The position numbers were made by a program, and so were the translations under genes. 64,000 nt of DNA from Alphaproteobacteria bacterium. Its GTDB lineage: Bacteria; Pseudomonadota; Alphaproteobacteria; UBA828. How positions within the stretch are numbered: the stretch's first letter is position 1; each line of letters begins with the position of its first letter. Where the stretch lies: the NCBI GenBank assembly GCA_965237415.1, contig CBDEFM010000002.1:2944001-3008000 (forward strand), given 5' to 3'. Positions 1 through 9,355 of the stretch are shown here, piece by piece. The notes beneath the pieces were generated by a model. That model saw only the letters and a program-made list of their open reading frames with translations, made no database searches and was not told the DNA's origin.

Positions 1-849
1 AATCTGCTGGTCTGTGCGGTGACCATCCCTTTGCACTACGCCGAAGTCTATCTCGACGTGCCGTCGATGAAGGCGTTGATCTCCGCGACCGGCTTCGATC
101 TAAGCCAGCAACTGGCCCTCGTGTACCTGATCCCGTCCGTGGTTCCCGTGCCGATCATGCTCGCCGGACTGGGGGTTTCGAGCCGGATTCTCGAGAGGCT
201 GTGGCCGGCCTCGGAGATCGACGAGCTCTCGCGTACCGAGTTCATCCACGACCATGCCTCGGTGGACGTGGAGACCTCCCTGATGTTGGTCGACCTCGAG
301 CAGAGGCGCGCGTTCAGCATGTTGTCCGGGTACTTCGAGCTCGTGCGGCAGAACAAGGATGTAGGCCCGCTTCGGGATGTGTCCCGCACGGTATTGTCTG
401 AAATCAATGATTTTCTGACGGACTTGCACACGCTTCATCCCATGCAGGGAGTGGAAGGCCGCAATGCACTGATGAATCGCCAAAAACTTCTTTCGTGGGT
501 AGCGGACGCCATGGGCGTCATGTGCGCGGCGCTGGTCGAGCTTGGCGACCGGCCATCCCTCAAGCAGTTTCAGGAGAACATAAGCGAGGGCGTGGACAGC
601 GTGTTCCTGTCCCTGGACAGCGCGATGGAAAGCGAAGACAGACAGTCCTGGGACATTGCGACACAGTTGACCGGCGACCGCGGCGCGCTGATGCGCACGA
701 TGCGGGGCAGATATCTGGAGGCGGATCCGCCATTACCCAAGCTCGATATGGCCAACATCCTGCTGATAACAAATGCGGTGGAAGAGATATTCTTCCTGTT
801 GTCGAAGCTGGAGGAGGATTTTAACCCGTACTCCGGTGAGGAGGAGTGA
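1..849 (+). CDS. Na/Pi-cotransporter family protein, C-terminal part (5' end lies outside the window)
   Basis: Frame is open from base 1. A hydrophobic segment is followed by PhoU-like helical repeats (ELSRTEFIHDHASVDVETSLMLVDLEQRR). Confidence 0.6.
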   Translation, partial: NLLVCAVTIPLHYAEVYLDVPSMKALISATGFDLSQQLALVYLIPSVVPVPIMLAGLGVSSRILERLWPASEIDELSRTEFIHDHASVDVETSLMLVDLEQRRAFSMLSGYFELVRQNKDVGPLRDVSRTVLSEINDFLTDLHTLHPMQGVEGRNALMNRQKLLSWVADAMGVMCAALVELGDRPSLKQFQENISEGVDSVFLSLDSAMESEDRQSWDIATQLTGDRGALMRTMRGRYLEADPPLPKLDMANILLITNAVEEIFFLLSKLEEDFNPYSGEEE

Positions 850-1427
850 CCGCGCCCGCTCAGGCCGAGCGAAACCCACCCGCCGGCGCGTGCTCAGCCA
901 AGGACGAGCTGCCGGAGCAGGCGGCGGCACCAGCGCTGCCGATCGTGCACGCGGGCACGGGTCCTGTGATCCCACCGGACCGATGGTCCCGATGAACGAG
1001 GCTCTCCGCCGCCTCGGCGAGGGGCGCATGGAGATGAGGGGAGGGGCGGAGCGGGACCACCCTGTGGGTGTGGTCTATGGTAGGGTTGCATATGGGATCA
1101 TGGTTACCCATTCTAGTTCATGTAACGCCATGCGGAGTCGACGGGCAGGCGAGGGTGCCATGGGTTCTGACGAAGCGTTGGTCACCGACCCGGCAGCCCG
1201 GCAGCCCAGTAAGGCCGTGATTGAGGAGTGTGTTGGCGTCGGCACTAGGCCTGAAACATTAGCGTTGGCTGCTACCTGTAGCCGTGCCGAGCGGCGGGAT
1301 GACAACATTACCCGACTTTCCCGGACAATGAGATGTGGGCCGGGTTGGGGCGGACGCCACTACCCACTGACAAGCTGGGCACGCGGCCCCTCGGCCACCA
1401 GCTACACTTCGAGGGAGGAGAGCTGCA

Positions 1428-1616
1428 ATGGGCAACACCGGAGCTATTGCTGACATGAAGGTTTCTGATGTCCTTCGTCCGAAGGGCGGTAATGAGGTGC
1501 CGGTGAACTCTCATGTAGTACCGGCTCGAAATGATCCCGAGCCAGACTATGATGACATGCGCCGCATCGCGTCCGGTGAGCCCGAAGATGCAAATAAAGG
1601 TGCCACGAGTGAGTGA
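1428..1616 (+). CDS. Small hypothetical protein (62 aa), overlaps the start of the downstream protease
   Basis: Strong RBS (GAGGGAGGAG) before the ATG. The stop overlaps GTGAGTGAG at 1609, a plausible start for the next gene. Confidence 0.5.
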   Translation: MGNTGAIADMKVSDVLRPKGGNEVPVNSHVVPARNDPEPDYDDMRRIASGEPEDANKGATSE

Positions 1617-2442
1617 GAAGATCGAGCAGTTCCCTCGCTCTTCAGTCATTCCGAAACAATCGCCCGTCTTCTGGGTCGGCCAAAAGGATCGCTACCTTCG
1701 CCAGCTTTTGATCCGAGACATCGAGGTGCTCACAGGTCGTCGGCTCCTCGTGTACTACGCGAACCGCTTCCACAACGCGCAAATCAACCAACGCGATTGC
1801 GATTACTTCGTTGAGCTATTTGGCGACGTGAATAGTGAGGCATGTGATCTCTTCATCGAAACGTCTGGTGGCGAGACCGACGCGACCGAAGGGCTTGTGA
1901 AACTGCTTCGAACCCTTGCCCCGGATCTCCGTGTAATTGTTCCGAACGCCGCAAAGAGCAACGGCACTCTGCTGAGTCTTGCGGCCAGAGAAATCGTAAT
2001 GGGTCCACCCTCGGAGTTGGGGCCGATAGAACCCAGTTTGTCTGGCATTCCGTCTTCCGTGTTGATGCAGCCGCAAATGGCGCAAACCAACTTCCCGCTT
2101 CATCAGCTGGGCACGTTCGCATATCAGCACAGCAAGCAAATTGCCCTTGATCTTCTTTCGTCGGGAATGATGTCCTCGCGCGCACCCGAAGAAGTTGAGG
2201 CGGTGGTTGAGAAGCTTGCCGGCCGAGACACTTACAAGTCGCACGGGGCCGTGATTGACCATCGGGAAGCTTCGAACCTTGGCCTGAACGTATGCTACCT
2301 ACCCGATGGCAATGAAGTCTGGTCGCGAATCTGGCTCCTCTACTGCATGTATGACTTCGACTCACATCGCTCAGGGTTGCTGAAGATCTATGAAGGACGA
2401 GCGCGCAGCACTCAAATTAAGGCGCCGCCGTCTACGTCTTGA
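1609..2442 (+). CDS. SDH-family ClpP-fold serine protease
   Basis: Motifs LFIETSGG, VPNAAKSNGTLLSLAAREIVMGPPSELGPIEP and KSHGAVI. Start uncertain (1531, 1588 or 1609). Confidence 0.8.
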   Translation: MSEKIEQFPRSSVIPKQSPVFWVGQKDRYLRQLLIRDIEVLTGRRLLVYYANRFHNAQINQRDCDYFVELFGDVNSEACDLFIETSGGETDATEGLVKLLRTLAPDLRVIVPNAAKSNGTLLSLAAREIVMGPPSELGPIEPSLSGIPSSVLMQPQMAQTNFPLHQLGTFAYQHSKQIALDLLSSGMMSSRAPEEVEAVVEKLAGRDTYKSHGAVIDHREASNLGLNVCYLPDGNEVWSRIWLLYCMYDFDSHRSGLLKIYEGRARSTQIKAPPSTS

Positions 2443-2612
2443 ACCTTGGTCAGCTACGAGCTTCCGACATCGCAGCCGCTTGTATGCCAAGACTTGACGA
2501 CCCTATCGCGGCTTTCGAGGCCGCCGCTGCGGCGGCCCAAGGCTGGGCCGAGCACACTTCCGAGGACCGCGCGCCACACCAACGCTAACCCTATTCAGTC
2601 TGTTTCCTCGAT

Positions 2613-5019
2613 GTGCGACATGAAGCTGCGTGAGTGATTGTTTTGCTTGAGGTCTTACAACCTCATGACAGAACCCGCCGTTCCTTCGGCGGTAGCCTAG
2701 GGGTGCGGGCATTGCTGGCAACGGCGATGTTCGAAGCCATCCCGACAATGTACCCCGATCCCGCAAGGGTGAAGCAGACCCCGCGAGGGCAAGCGAAGCT
2801 GCGAGCATCACGCAGCAGGGGGCTAGGCTTCGGAAGCATGGTGAACGTAAGTGAACCGATGATAAACCTCGTAAATTGTAACATGCCAAAGATGCTGACA
2901 GGCATGAACCAAAAGGTACGTGGGGGCGGTCTCTGGACGGGTCGAGTACCAGAGCAAGGACAACAGCCCCCACCGGGGGATAGTCGGCACCTAACCTTCC
3001 AACTGTCACTCATGCGGAACATGGTAAGCCCGTATTCTCGCCCATCAGGGCAAAGCGAACCGCAAGGAACGCCGATGGGAATGCGGGTATGGGATGCCGG
3101 AAAAAGCGAATGCCGTGCTGTAATCGTGCGGATAGGGGTTGAGGAAATATCCGACATCATCCCGCCCGAAAGGGAGCAGACTTCCGGTTGGTTTCTCCTC
3201 GCAAGAGAGTTTGCAGAACCATCGCAAAGGAGGACAGGCAAATGACAGTCATGAGCATGACTGGTGCGGCCTCCGGCGGCGAGATCGACTGGCACAGCAT
3301 CGACTGGGCGCAGGCGCATCGCACCGTTCAAAGGCTGCAAAGGCGTATTGCGAAGGCGACCAGGGAAGGACGCTGGGGCAAGGTGAAAGCCTTGCAGTGG
3401 CTTCTGACCCACTCGCTGCACGGCAAGATGCTCGCCGTAAGCGGGTCACTGAGAACCAAGGCAAGCGTACCCCCGGAGTGGACGGAGAAACGTGGTCCAC
3501 GCCGGGATCGAAAGCCAAAGCTGTTATGTCGCTCAGGAGGCGCGGATATCAACCGAGCCCTCTGAGACGGGTGTACATTCCAAAAAAGAACGGCAAGAAG
3601 CGCCCGCTAGGCATCCCGACCATGCAGGATCGCGCCATGCAGGCTCTACACCTGCTGGCCCTGCTCCCGGTCGCGGAAACCCAAGCGGACCCGAACTCCT
3701 ACGGCTTTCGGCCGAAACGAGCGAGCCGTGATGCAATCGGACAGTGCTTCAAAGTACTGGCCAATCGCACCAACAGGGCTCAATGGGTTCTTGACGCTGA
3801 CATTGCCGCCTGTTTCGACAACATCAGCCACGACTGGCTTCTCGCCAACATCCCCATGGACAAGGCGGTTCTCCAGAAGTGGTTGAAATCCGGCTTCGTC
3901 TGGAAAAACCAGATGTTCCCAACGGAGGCGGGCACTCCGCAAGGCGGAATCATCTCGCCGACGCTGGCGAACATGACTTTGGACGGTCTGGAGCCGACGC
4001 TGCTACGGCAGTTCGGGATCAGACGTCCGCAGAAGAAACGCAACGAACATAAAGTCAATCTGGTTCGGTATGCCGACGATTTTGTTTTGACCGGCGCAAC
4101 GCAAGAAACGCTGGAAGAGGCACGATCGGTCATCGAGGACTTTCTACGGGAACGGGGCCTTGCCCTGTCACCCGAAAAGACCAAGGTGGCGCACGTTGAT
4201 ACGGGCTTCGACTTTCTCGGCTGGAACGCTCGAAAATACGATGGGGTTCTTATCATCAAACCATCGAAGAAGAACGTCCATGCGTTCCTACGCAAAGTCC
4301 GGGAGATCATCAAGAAGTCCCCCACGGCGAAGCAGGAAAACTTGATAGCTACACTCAACCCCATCATCAGGGGCTGGGCCAACTACCACCAGAACCAAGT
4401 GGCCAAAGACACCTTCCACAAGGTGGACCACCTTATCTGGGAGCAGCTTTGGAAATGGGCGTGTCGGAGACACCGGAACAAGTCCCGGAAATGGGTAAAA
4501 CGACGCTATTTTATCCGTGAAGGGTCTCGGGACTGGATCTTCAGCACGTCAGTCAAAAAAGAGGGCAAGGCGAAGAGGATTTACCTGACCTACGCCAGCA
4601 ATACCCCGATCCGGCGTCACCGCAAAATCCGCAGTGTCGCCAACCCGTTTGATCCCGCCTGGGACGAGTACTTCGAGGAAAGGCTCGGCTGGATCATGGA
4701 ACGGGACCTCAGGGGTAAGAGGCAACTGCTTCACTCTGGCAACAGCAGGCCGGGCAGTGTCCGCAATGCCGAGAGCCCATCAGCAAGGAGAGTGGATGGC
4801 ACGTCCATCGCATCCTGCCGAGGGCTCCGGAACGACCAGTCCTCCAACCTGATGCTCCTTCATCCCAACTGCCAAAGGCAGGTTCTTAGCCGCGGTTACA
4901 GTGATGGTTCACCGGCTCCCGTCAAAGGGGCTTTGTAGAGACTTGAGCCGTATGCGGGGAAACCCGCACGTACGGTTCTTAGGGGGGAATGGCGCAGTGA
5001 TGCGCTGTTCCTACCCGAC
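2613..5019 (+). mobile_element. Group II intron (IIB / chloroplast-like class likely)
   Basis: 5' end GTGCGACATGAAG at 2613. Domain V is GAGCCGTATGCGGGGAAACCCGCACGTACGGTTC. Domain VI ends CTACCCGAC at 5019. EBS1 GTCGAG (2941-2946, in a hairpin loop) pairs with IBS1 CTCGAT (2607-2612). Confidence 0.93.
3242..4938 (+). pseudogene. ltrA: Intron-encoded reverse transcriptase/maturase (LtrA-like), frameshifted
   Basis: The N-terminus (DWHSIDW...LQRRIAKA...[11 protein letters not shown] 3242 after RBS AGGAGG) is out of frame with [16 protein letters not shown]...[10 protein letters not shown]...RYADD. Frameshift at ~3440. The HNH region is scrambled at ~4734-4830. Confidence 0.9.
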
Positions 5020-5163
5020 GGCATCATCTGCCTCTCCCTGAGTGTCGCCTGCAGCCGGGCTGTGTGGGCTCTCGGGCGCGTGGACGACCCCGGGACCGTC
5101 GCCCTGGGCGTGCGCCAGCGCCTCCTTCAGAGACTGGATCAGTTCGTCACCGAGCTTGCTCAT
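5011..5163 (-). CDS. Small protein with an antitoxin-like N-terminus, interrupted near its 3' end by the intron
   Basis: RBS GGAGG then ATG at 5163: MSKLGDELIQSLKEALAHAQGDGPGVVHAP...GEADDA, 48 codons up to the intron edge. It resumes as IEETD* at 2612-2595. Confidence 0.55.
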   Translation of the reverse strand: MSKLGDELIQSLKEALAHAQGDGPGVVHAPESPHSPAAGDTQGEADDAVG

Positions 5164-5400
5164 CGCAAATTCCTCCGCACCGCGCTAAGCCACACCCCCC
5201 GGCCAGCGGCCCGCCCCATTCAACTCCCTGGACCATAGTGCGATGCACAGCGTGCGCCGCCCGCGCCATCGTCGCGTTATGTGGAGCAAGAGCGAGCGGA
5301 CCGCGGCAGGCGGGATGAGTGGGCGCACACTCATCGATTCCGCGCGCAAGACCCTGCGAGCTTGCGCGACCGTCGCCAGCGTTATCGAGGGCAGCCGCTG

Positions 5401-5480
5401 CCTGAGCCACTATGAGCCACCATGTGTCACTTTGAGCCACTATATCCCGCCATATCCCGGCGAATCCCGGCGAATCCCAC
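5401..5480. repeat. Degenerate tandem array with a 10-bp period (8 units)
   Basis: cctgagccac/tatgagccac/catgtgtcac/tttgagccac/tatatcccgc/catatcccgg/cgaatcccgg/cgaatcccac. Confidence 0.7.
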
Positions 5481-5607
5481 TTTGAAAAAGTTGATGAACC
5501 GCACGCATCGTTCGCCCGCGCACGTGGACATGCGACGTGCGCCTGCACACGTGGACGAAAGACGCGCGGGACGCGACTCAGGCCGAGACCGTGGTGAGAA
5601 TTCCGGG

Positions 5608-7893
5608 CTACTCCTCCCCACCCCCCGGCAGCGGGCCGTCCTTCATAAACGCGTTCAGCACGTTGGCGGTCACGCGGGACGCGCTGTTGTCGCAGGCGTT
5701 GATGGGGAGCGCCTGGCCCCAGGCGATGGAGCTTGCCGACCACACCGCGCCGTCGCTCGGCGTCGTGAAATAAGTCATGTCGGCCCGGATGCGGTGGTCC
5801 TGGGTGCCGCCCACGCCGGGATAGGCACAGAGGATGTCTTCCACCACCAGGGGGAAGTTGTCGGAATGGCCCTCGGACGAGGCAAGGATCAGAGTGTGCG
5901 GCGGGGTGCCTAGGCCTAAGTCGTAGCGGTCGAACTCGATGCCCGCCGCGCCGCCGATGCCGAGCCCCTCATCGCCGATGATGTCGCCCTCGATCCCATC
6001 GAAGACCCAGGAGGCGGCAGGGTTCTCGGCATCCGGCATCTTGCGGTAGGGCTTCGATTCGTCCATGCCCTCGGAGGTGAACCCGGTGCCGAGGAGCTTT
6101 TGCGGCGCCCGCCCGCGCCCGCGCCAGAGGCCGCCACGCTCCCCATTGCTCACCATGTAGTGCTCGCCGGGGTCGGCGTTCCAGGCTCTGGTGCCCAAGT
6201 CGAGCCGGCGCACCTCCATCACGTCCATGTCGCCGTCGCGGAAGGAGGCGACCCAGTAGTAGCCGTTGCCGGAGAGGTACATGAGCCTACCGCCCGAGGC
6301 GAGATAGTCCTCGGTGGCATCCATCATCGCCTCGGAATAGTACTCGGCATGGGTGGCGTTGATGACGACGTTGTAGGGCTCAAGGCAGGCCAGGCCCTCC
6401 TGGTGCAGGTCCTCGTCGGTGATCACGTCGTAGTCGTAGCCCATGGTCTCGAGCCAGTAGATGATCGAGAGGTCGGCCGGGAACTGCCAGGGCACGACGA
6501 CGGGGGCCGTCCGGTGCCGAGGCCGCATGTTGAAGATCGGCCGGCGCCGGGTGGAGTAGCAGATCCCCGCACCGTCGCGGTGGCTGTCGTAGCAGGAGGC
6601 GCCGTATTCCGGCCGCCGCTGCAGCTCCACGTCCCATTCGTGGATCACGGTCACCTGGCTGCTCAGCACCTGCGCGATCCCCGTGCCGAGGCCGATGCGC
6701 TCGTTGGCGTAGGCGAGGTAGCTGCAGGTGGGGATCAGCATCGCGATGGGCGCGGTGGGCTGCTTGGGGCGCAGGAAGAAGACCACGTGCTCTTCCGCTT
6801 CGCCCGCCCTGAGCCGGGCGGCGTAGACGCCGCTCTTCAGGTCCGGCACCTCCATGGAGATGGTGGGCTCCCAGCCGCAGTCGGTGATCGCGTCCTCGTG
6901 GAATTCGATGCCGCCGAACTGCGCCGGCGCGTAGCGGAAGCAGTCGTCGTGGCCGTTCCAGTTGAAGCCGGTCATGCCGCGCACCGGGCGGTTGTGGCCT
7001 TCGCCGTGAAGCCCGTGGGGGCTGGTGTCGACGACGGTATCGCCGATGCCGGTCGCGCTATAGCCAGCCGTGCTGTCCCAGGCGGCGATGACCGCGCCGG
7101 TTGCCGGGGCGCCGCCCGCCTCGCGCGCGCGGTCGAGCATGTCGCGGCTCAGCACCGCGCCGGCGACGCCCGCGCGGTCGATCTTGCCGTTGTAGAGATG
7201 GGCGGCGAAGGCGCCGCGTTCCGGCGAGCGAGCCTGCGCGGCGGCCCACAAAAAATCCGCGTCCGCTGCCGCAGGGGTCGCCCCAAGCTGCCCGCTCACA
7301 TGGCAGGAACGCTCGAGCGGCACGATCTTGGAGAGGTGGTTGTTGTAGCGGTTCTCGATCGGCTCCTGATAGAGCGTGGCCTCGCCGCTCGCGGGGTCGT
7401 AGGAGGCCGCCACCAGGTACCACTGGCGCGCGATGAGCTGGGTGTCAGCCGCGAGCGCGTCCGTGTTGCCGGCGCCGTCGCCCACGCGGAACGCCAGCGC
7501 GCCATCCTCGTTGATTTCGAGCGCATAACCGCTGCTGTCGGCATCCTGCCATCGCGTGAGCAGCCCCTGGCGCCCCTTAGCGGGCGTGCGGGCCCAGATA
7601 TAGGCCCAGAGCGTGAAGGGGCCGCCCACCGCAAGCCGGCTTTCCGGGTCCGTAACGCGGACGAAGCTCCCCAGTTGCGTGTATTGCTTGGCCACGGCAT
7701 GCGTCCCGTTCACCGGCGCATCGACCTCCCGCTCGATGAAGCCGGGACCCTCGGGATTCTCGTCGCCGTGGATCAGGCGCACGAGCTGAAGCTCCGCCCG
7801 GTCCGTGCCCTCCGCGCTCACCATGATGTCGAGCCGCTCGCCCGGCCGGGCGCTGAAGCGGTCGCAATAGCCCGCCAGAGTGATCTTCGCCAT
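5608..7893 (-). CDS. dmfA2: N,N-dimethylformamidase large subunit family protein
   Basis: 761 aa with a LamG-like insert and motifs YLAYANE, SCYDSH, HAEYYS, YLSGNGYYW and GIEFDRY. Confidence 0.88.
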   Translation of the reverse strand: MAKITLAGYCDRFSARPGERLDIMVSAEGTDRAELQLVRLIHGDENPEGPGFIEREVDAPVNGTHAVAKQYTQLGSFVRVTDPESRLAVGGPFTLWAYIWARTPAKGRQGLLTRWQDADSSGYALEINEDGALAFRVGDGAGNTDALAADTQLIARQWYLVAASYDPASGEATLYQEPIENRYNNHLSKIVPLERSCHVSGQLGATPAAADADFLWAAAQARSPERGAFAAHLYNGKIDRAGVAGAVLSRDMLDRAREAGGAPATGAVIAAWDSTAGYSATGIGDTVVDTSPHGLHGEGHNRPVRGMTGFNWNGHDDCFRYAPAQFGGIEFHEDAITDCGWEPTISMEVPDLKSGVYAARLRAGEAEEHVVFFLRPKQPTAPIAMLIPTCSYLAYANERIGLGTGIAQVLSSQVTVIHEWDVELQRRPEYGASCYDSHRDGAGICYSTRRRPIFNMRPRHRTAPVVVPWQFPADLSIIYWLETMGYDYDVITDEDLHQEGLACLEPYNVVINATHAEYYSEAMMDATEDYLASGGRLMYLSGNGYYWVASFRDGDMDVMEVRRLDLGTRAWNADPGEHYMVSNGERGGLWRGRGRAPQKLLGTGFTSEGMDESKPYRKMPDAENPAASWVFDGIEGDIIGDEGLGIGGAAGIEFDRYDLGLGTPPHTLILASSEGHSDNFPLVVEDILCAYPGVGGTQDHRIRADMTYFTTPSDGAVWSASSIAWGQALPINACDNSASRVTANVLNAFMKDGPLPGGGEE

Positions 7894-7917
7894 CGCCTGC
7901 CCCCTTTGCCCCGGCCC

Positions 7918-8280
7918 TCAGGAAGCGCTGTTCATCAGTGCGTCCACCCGCTTGAGGAAGACCGCGTGGAGCGCCTCGTTCTTGTCGGTGTAGATCGTGC
8001 CGTCCACATCTTCGGGCAGGCCGCCGCCGCTAGTGGTCATGATCTTGTACTTGCGGTTGGCCTCCAGCTCGAACAGCACGTATTTCCCCGCGAGCGATGA
8101 GCGGCGGAAGTAGTTCAGCACGCGCTCCAGATCGCCCGAATGCTGGCCGAGCGGGCTCGCACGGTATTCCTCGATGAGCGCCGGCGTGATCAGGGTCTTG
8201 AGATGTGTGCGCACCTGCTTGTCGAAGCGCTGCTGGTAGATCTGGTCCCTGTCGTGATGGACCGCCGTCCCTCCTGCCAT
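7918..8280 (-). CDS. dmfA1: N,N-dimethylformamidase small subunit family protein (120 aa)
   Basis: RBS AGGAGG. Motif LIEEYRASPLGQHSGDLERVLNYFRR...HAVFLKRV. Lies directly upstream of the large subunit. Confidence 0.8.
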   Translation of the reverse strand: MAGGTAVHHDRDQIYQQRFDKQVRTHLKTLITPALIEEYRASPLGQHSGDLERVLNYFRRSSLAGKYVLFELEANRKYKIMTTSGGGLPEDVDGTIYTDKNEALHAVFLKRVDALMNSAS

Positions 8281-8415
8281 GCGTCGCCTCCTGCTCCCGC
8301 TCGCGGTGGGGCCTGGCGGCCAGCATAGCCCGCGCCCACCCTTGCGACCATCAGGAGCCGTTCGTGCTACCCTGCCGCGCTCGGATCGGGCGAAAGGGCG
8401 GGGAGACGCAAGGGC

Positions 8416-9285
8416 ATGAAGGAGTTGGGCAAGCGCGGGGTCTGGATATTCCCGGACTCGCCATCGGCGCGCGAGGTCGCGACCTTTGCGCAGCGGGTGG
8501 AAGGGCTGGGCTACGACGCGCTCTGGTATCCCGAGGGCACGGGCTTCGAGAGCTTCAGCTTCGCCGGCCTCGTGCTGTCGGAGACCGAGCGGCTCTGCGC
8601 CGCGAGCGGCATCGCCAACATCTACGCGCGGGACGCGGTAGCCGCGATCGCGGGCCACGACACCCTCAACCACTTCTATGGCGACCGCTTCGTGCTCGGA
8701 CTCGGCGTCTCGCATGTGCCGCTGGTGGAGGGTTTCCGCGGCCACACCTACGCAAAGCCTGTGGCGACCATGCGTGCCTACCTCGACGCGATGGACACGG
8801 CCGAGCTCGCCATGCCTGCGCAGGAGCGGAACGTCGTGCTCGCAGCGCTTGGCCCCCGCATGCTGACGCTCGCGGCCGAGCGCACGCGGGGCGCGCACCC
8901 GTACAACGTGACGCCCGAGCACACCGCGAGGGCACGCGAGATCGTCGGCGCGGACGCCTGGCTCTGCGTCGAGCAGAAAGTCTGCCTCACCAATGAGGCA
9001 TCGACGGCGCGCAATGTAGCGGCGCAGACGCTCGGCATCTACATGCCGCTCACGAACTACCGCAACAACTGGCTCACCCTCGGCTTCAGCGAAGACGAGC
9101 TGGGCGAGCGGGGCAGCGACCGCTTCCTCGATGCCATGGTCGCCTGGGGCAGCGCTGAGGCCGTGCGCGCGCGGATCAGGGAGCATTTCGATGCCGGCGC
9201 GAGCCACGTCTGCATTCAGCCCCTGGATCCGGCAGGGAGCACGGCGCCGGATTTGAACGCGCTCGAGGCCCTAGCCGCTCTCTGA
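8416..9285 (+). CDS. LLM-class oxidoreductase, probably F420-dependent
   Basis: GYDALWYPE, ASGIANIYARD, LGLGVSHVPLVEG, LAALGPRML and GAHPY motifs. Confidence 0.85.
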   Translation: MKELGKRGVWIFPDSPSAREVATFAQRVEGLGYDALWYPEGTGFESFSFAGLVLSETERLCAASGIANIYARDAVAAIAGHDTLNHFYGDRFVLGLGVSHVPLVEGFRGHTYAKPVATMRAYLDAMDTAELAMPAQERNVVLAALGPRMLTLAAERTRGAHPYNVTPEHTARAREIVGADAWLCVEQKVCLTNEASTARNVAAQTLGIYMPLTNYRNNWLTLGFSEDELGERGSDRFLDAMVAWGSAEAVRARIREHFDAGASHVCIQPLDPAGSTAPDLNALEALAAL

Positions 9286-9355
9286 GTGCTCAACAACCGT
9301 AGCAGGGCGGCCCGCCGGCCGACGGCAAGCGCCTTGGCACATTAGGGAGAGCAGC

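Noticed and set aside
850-1427. 226-aa ORF (773-1453) with an integrase-like NEALRRLG snippet
   Set aside because: Low-complexity Arg/Gly-rich translation with no other tyrosine-recombinase motifs.
3139-4938. Retron, DGR or defence-associated RT
   Set aside because: Domains V/VI, the GUGCG start, the maturase domain and EBS/IBS pairing identify a group II intron.
5401-5570. CRISPR array
   Set aside because: Units are 10 bp and contiguous, with no spacers and no cas genes.
6100-8100. Long antisense or alternate-frame ORFs (e.g. 666 aa here, 778 aa at 26109, 647 aa at 31723)
   Set aside because: Shadow ORFs typical of high-GC coding DNA. They overlap well-supported genes.
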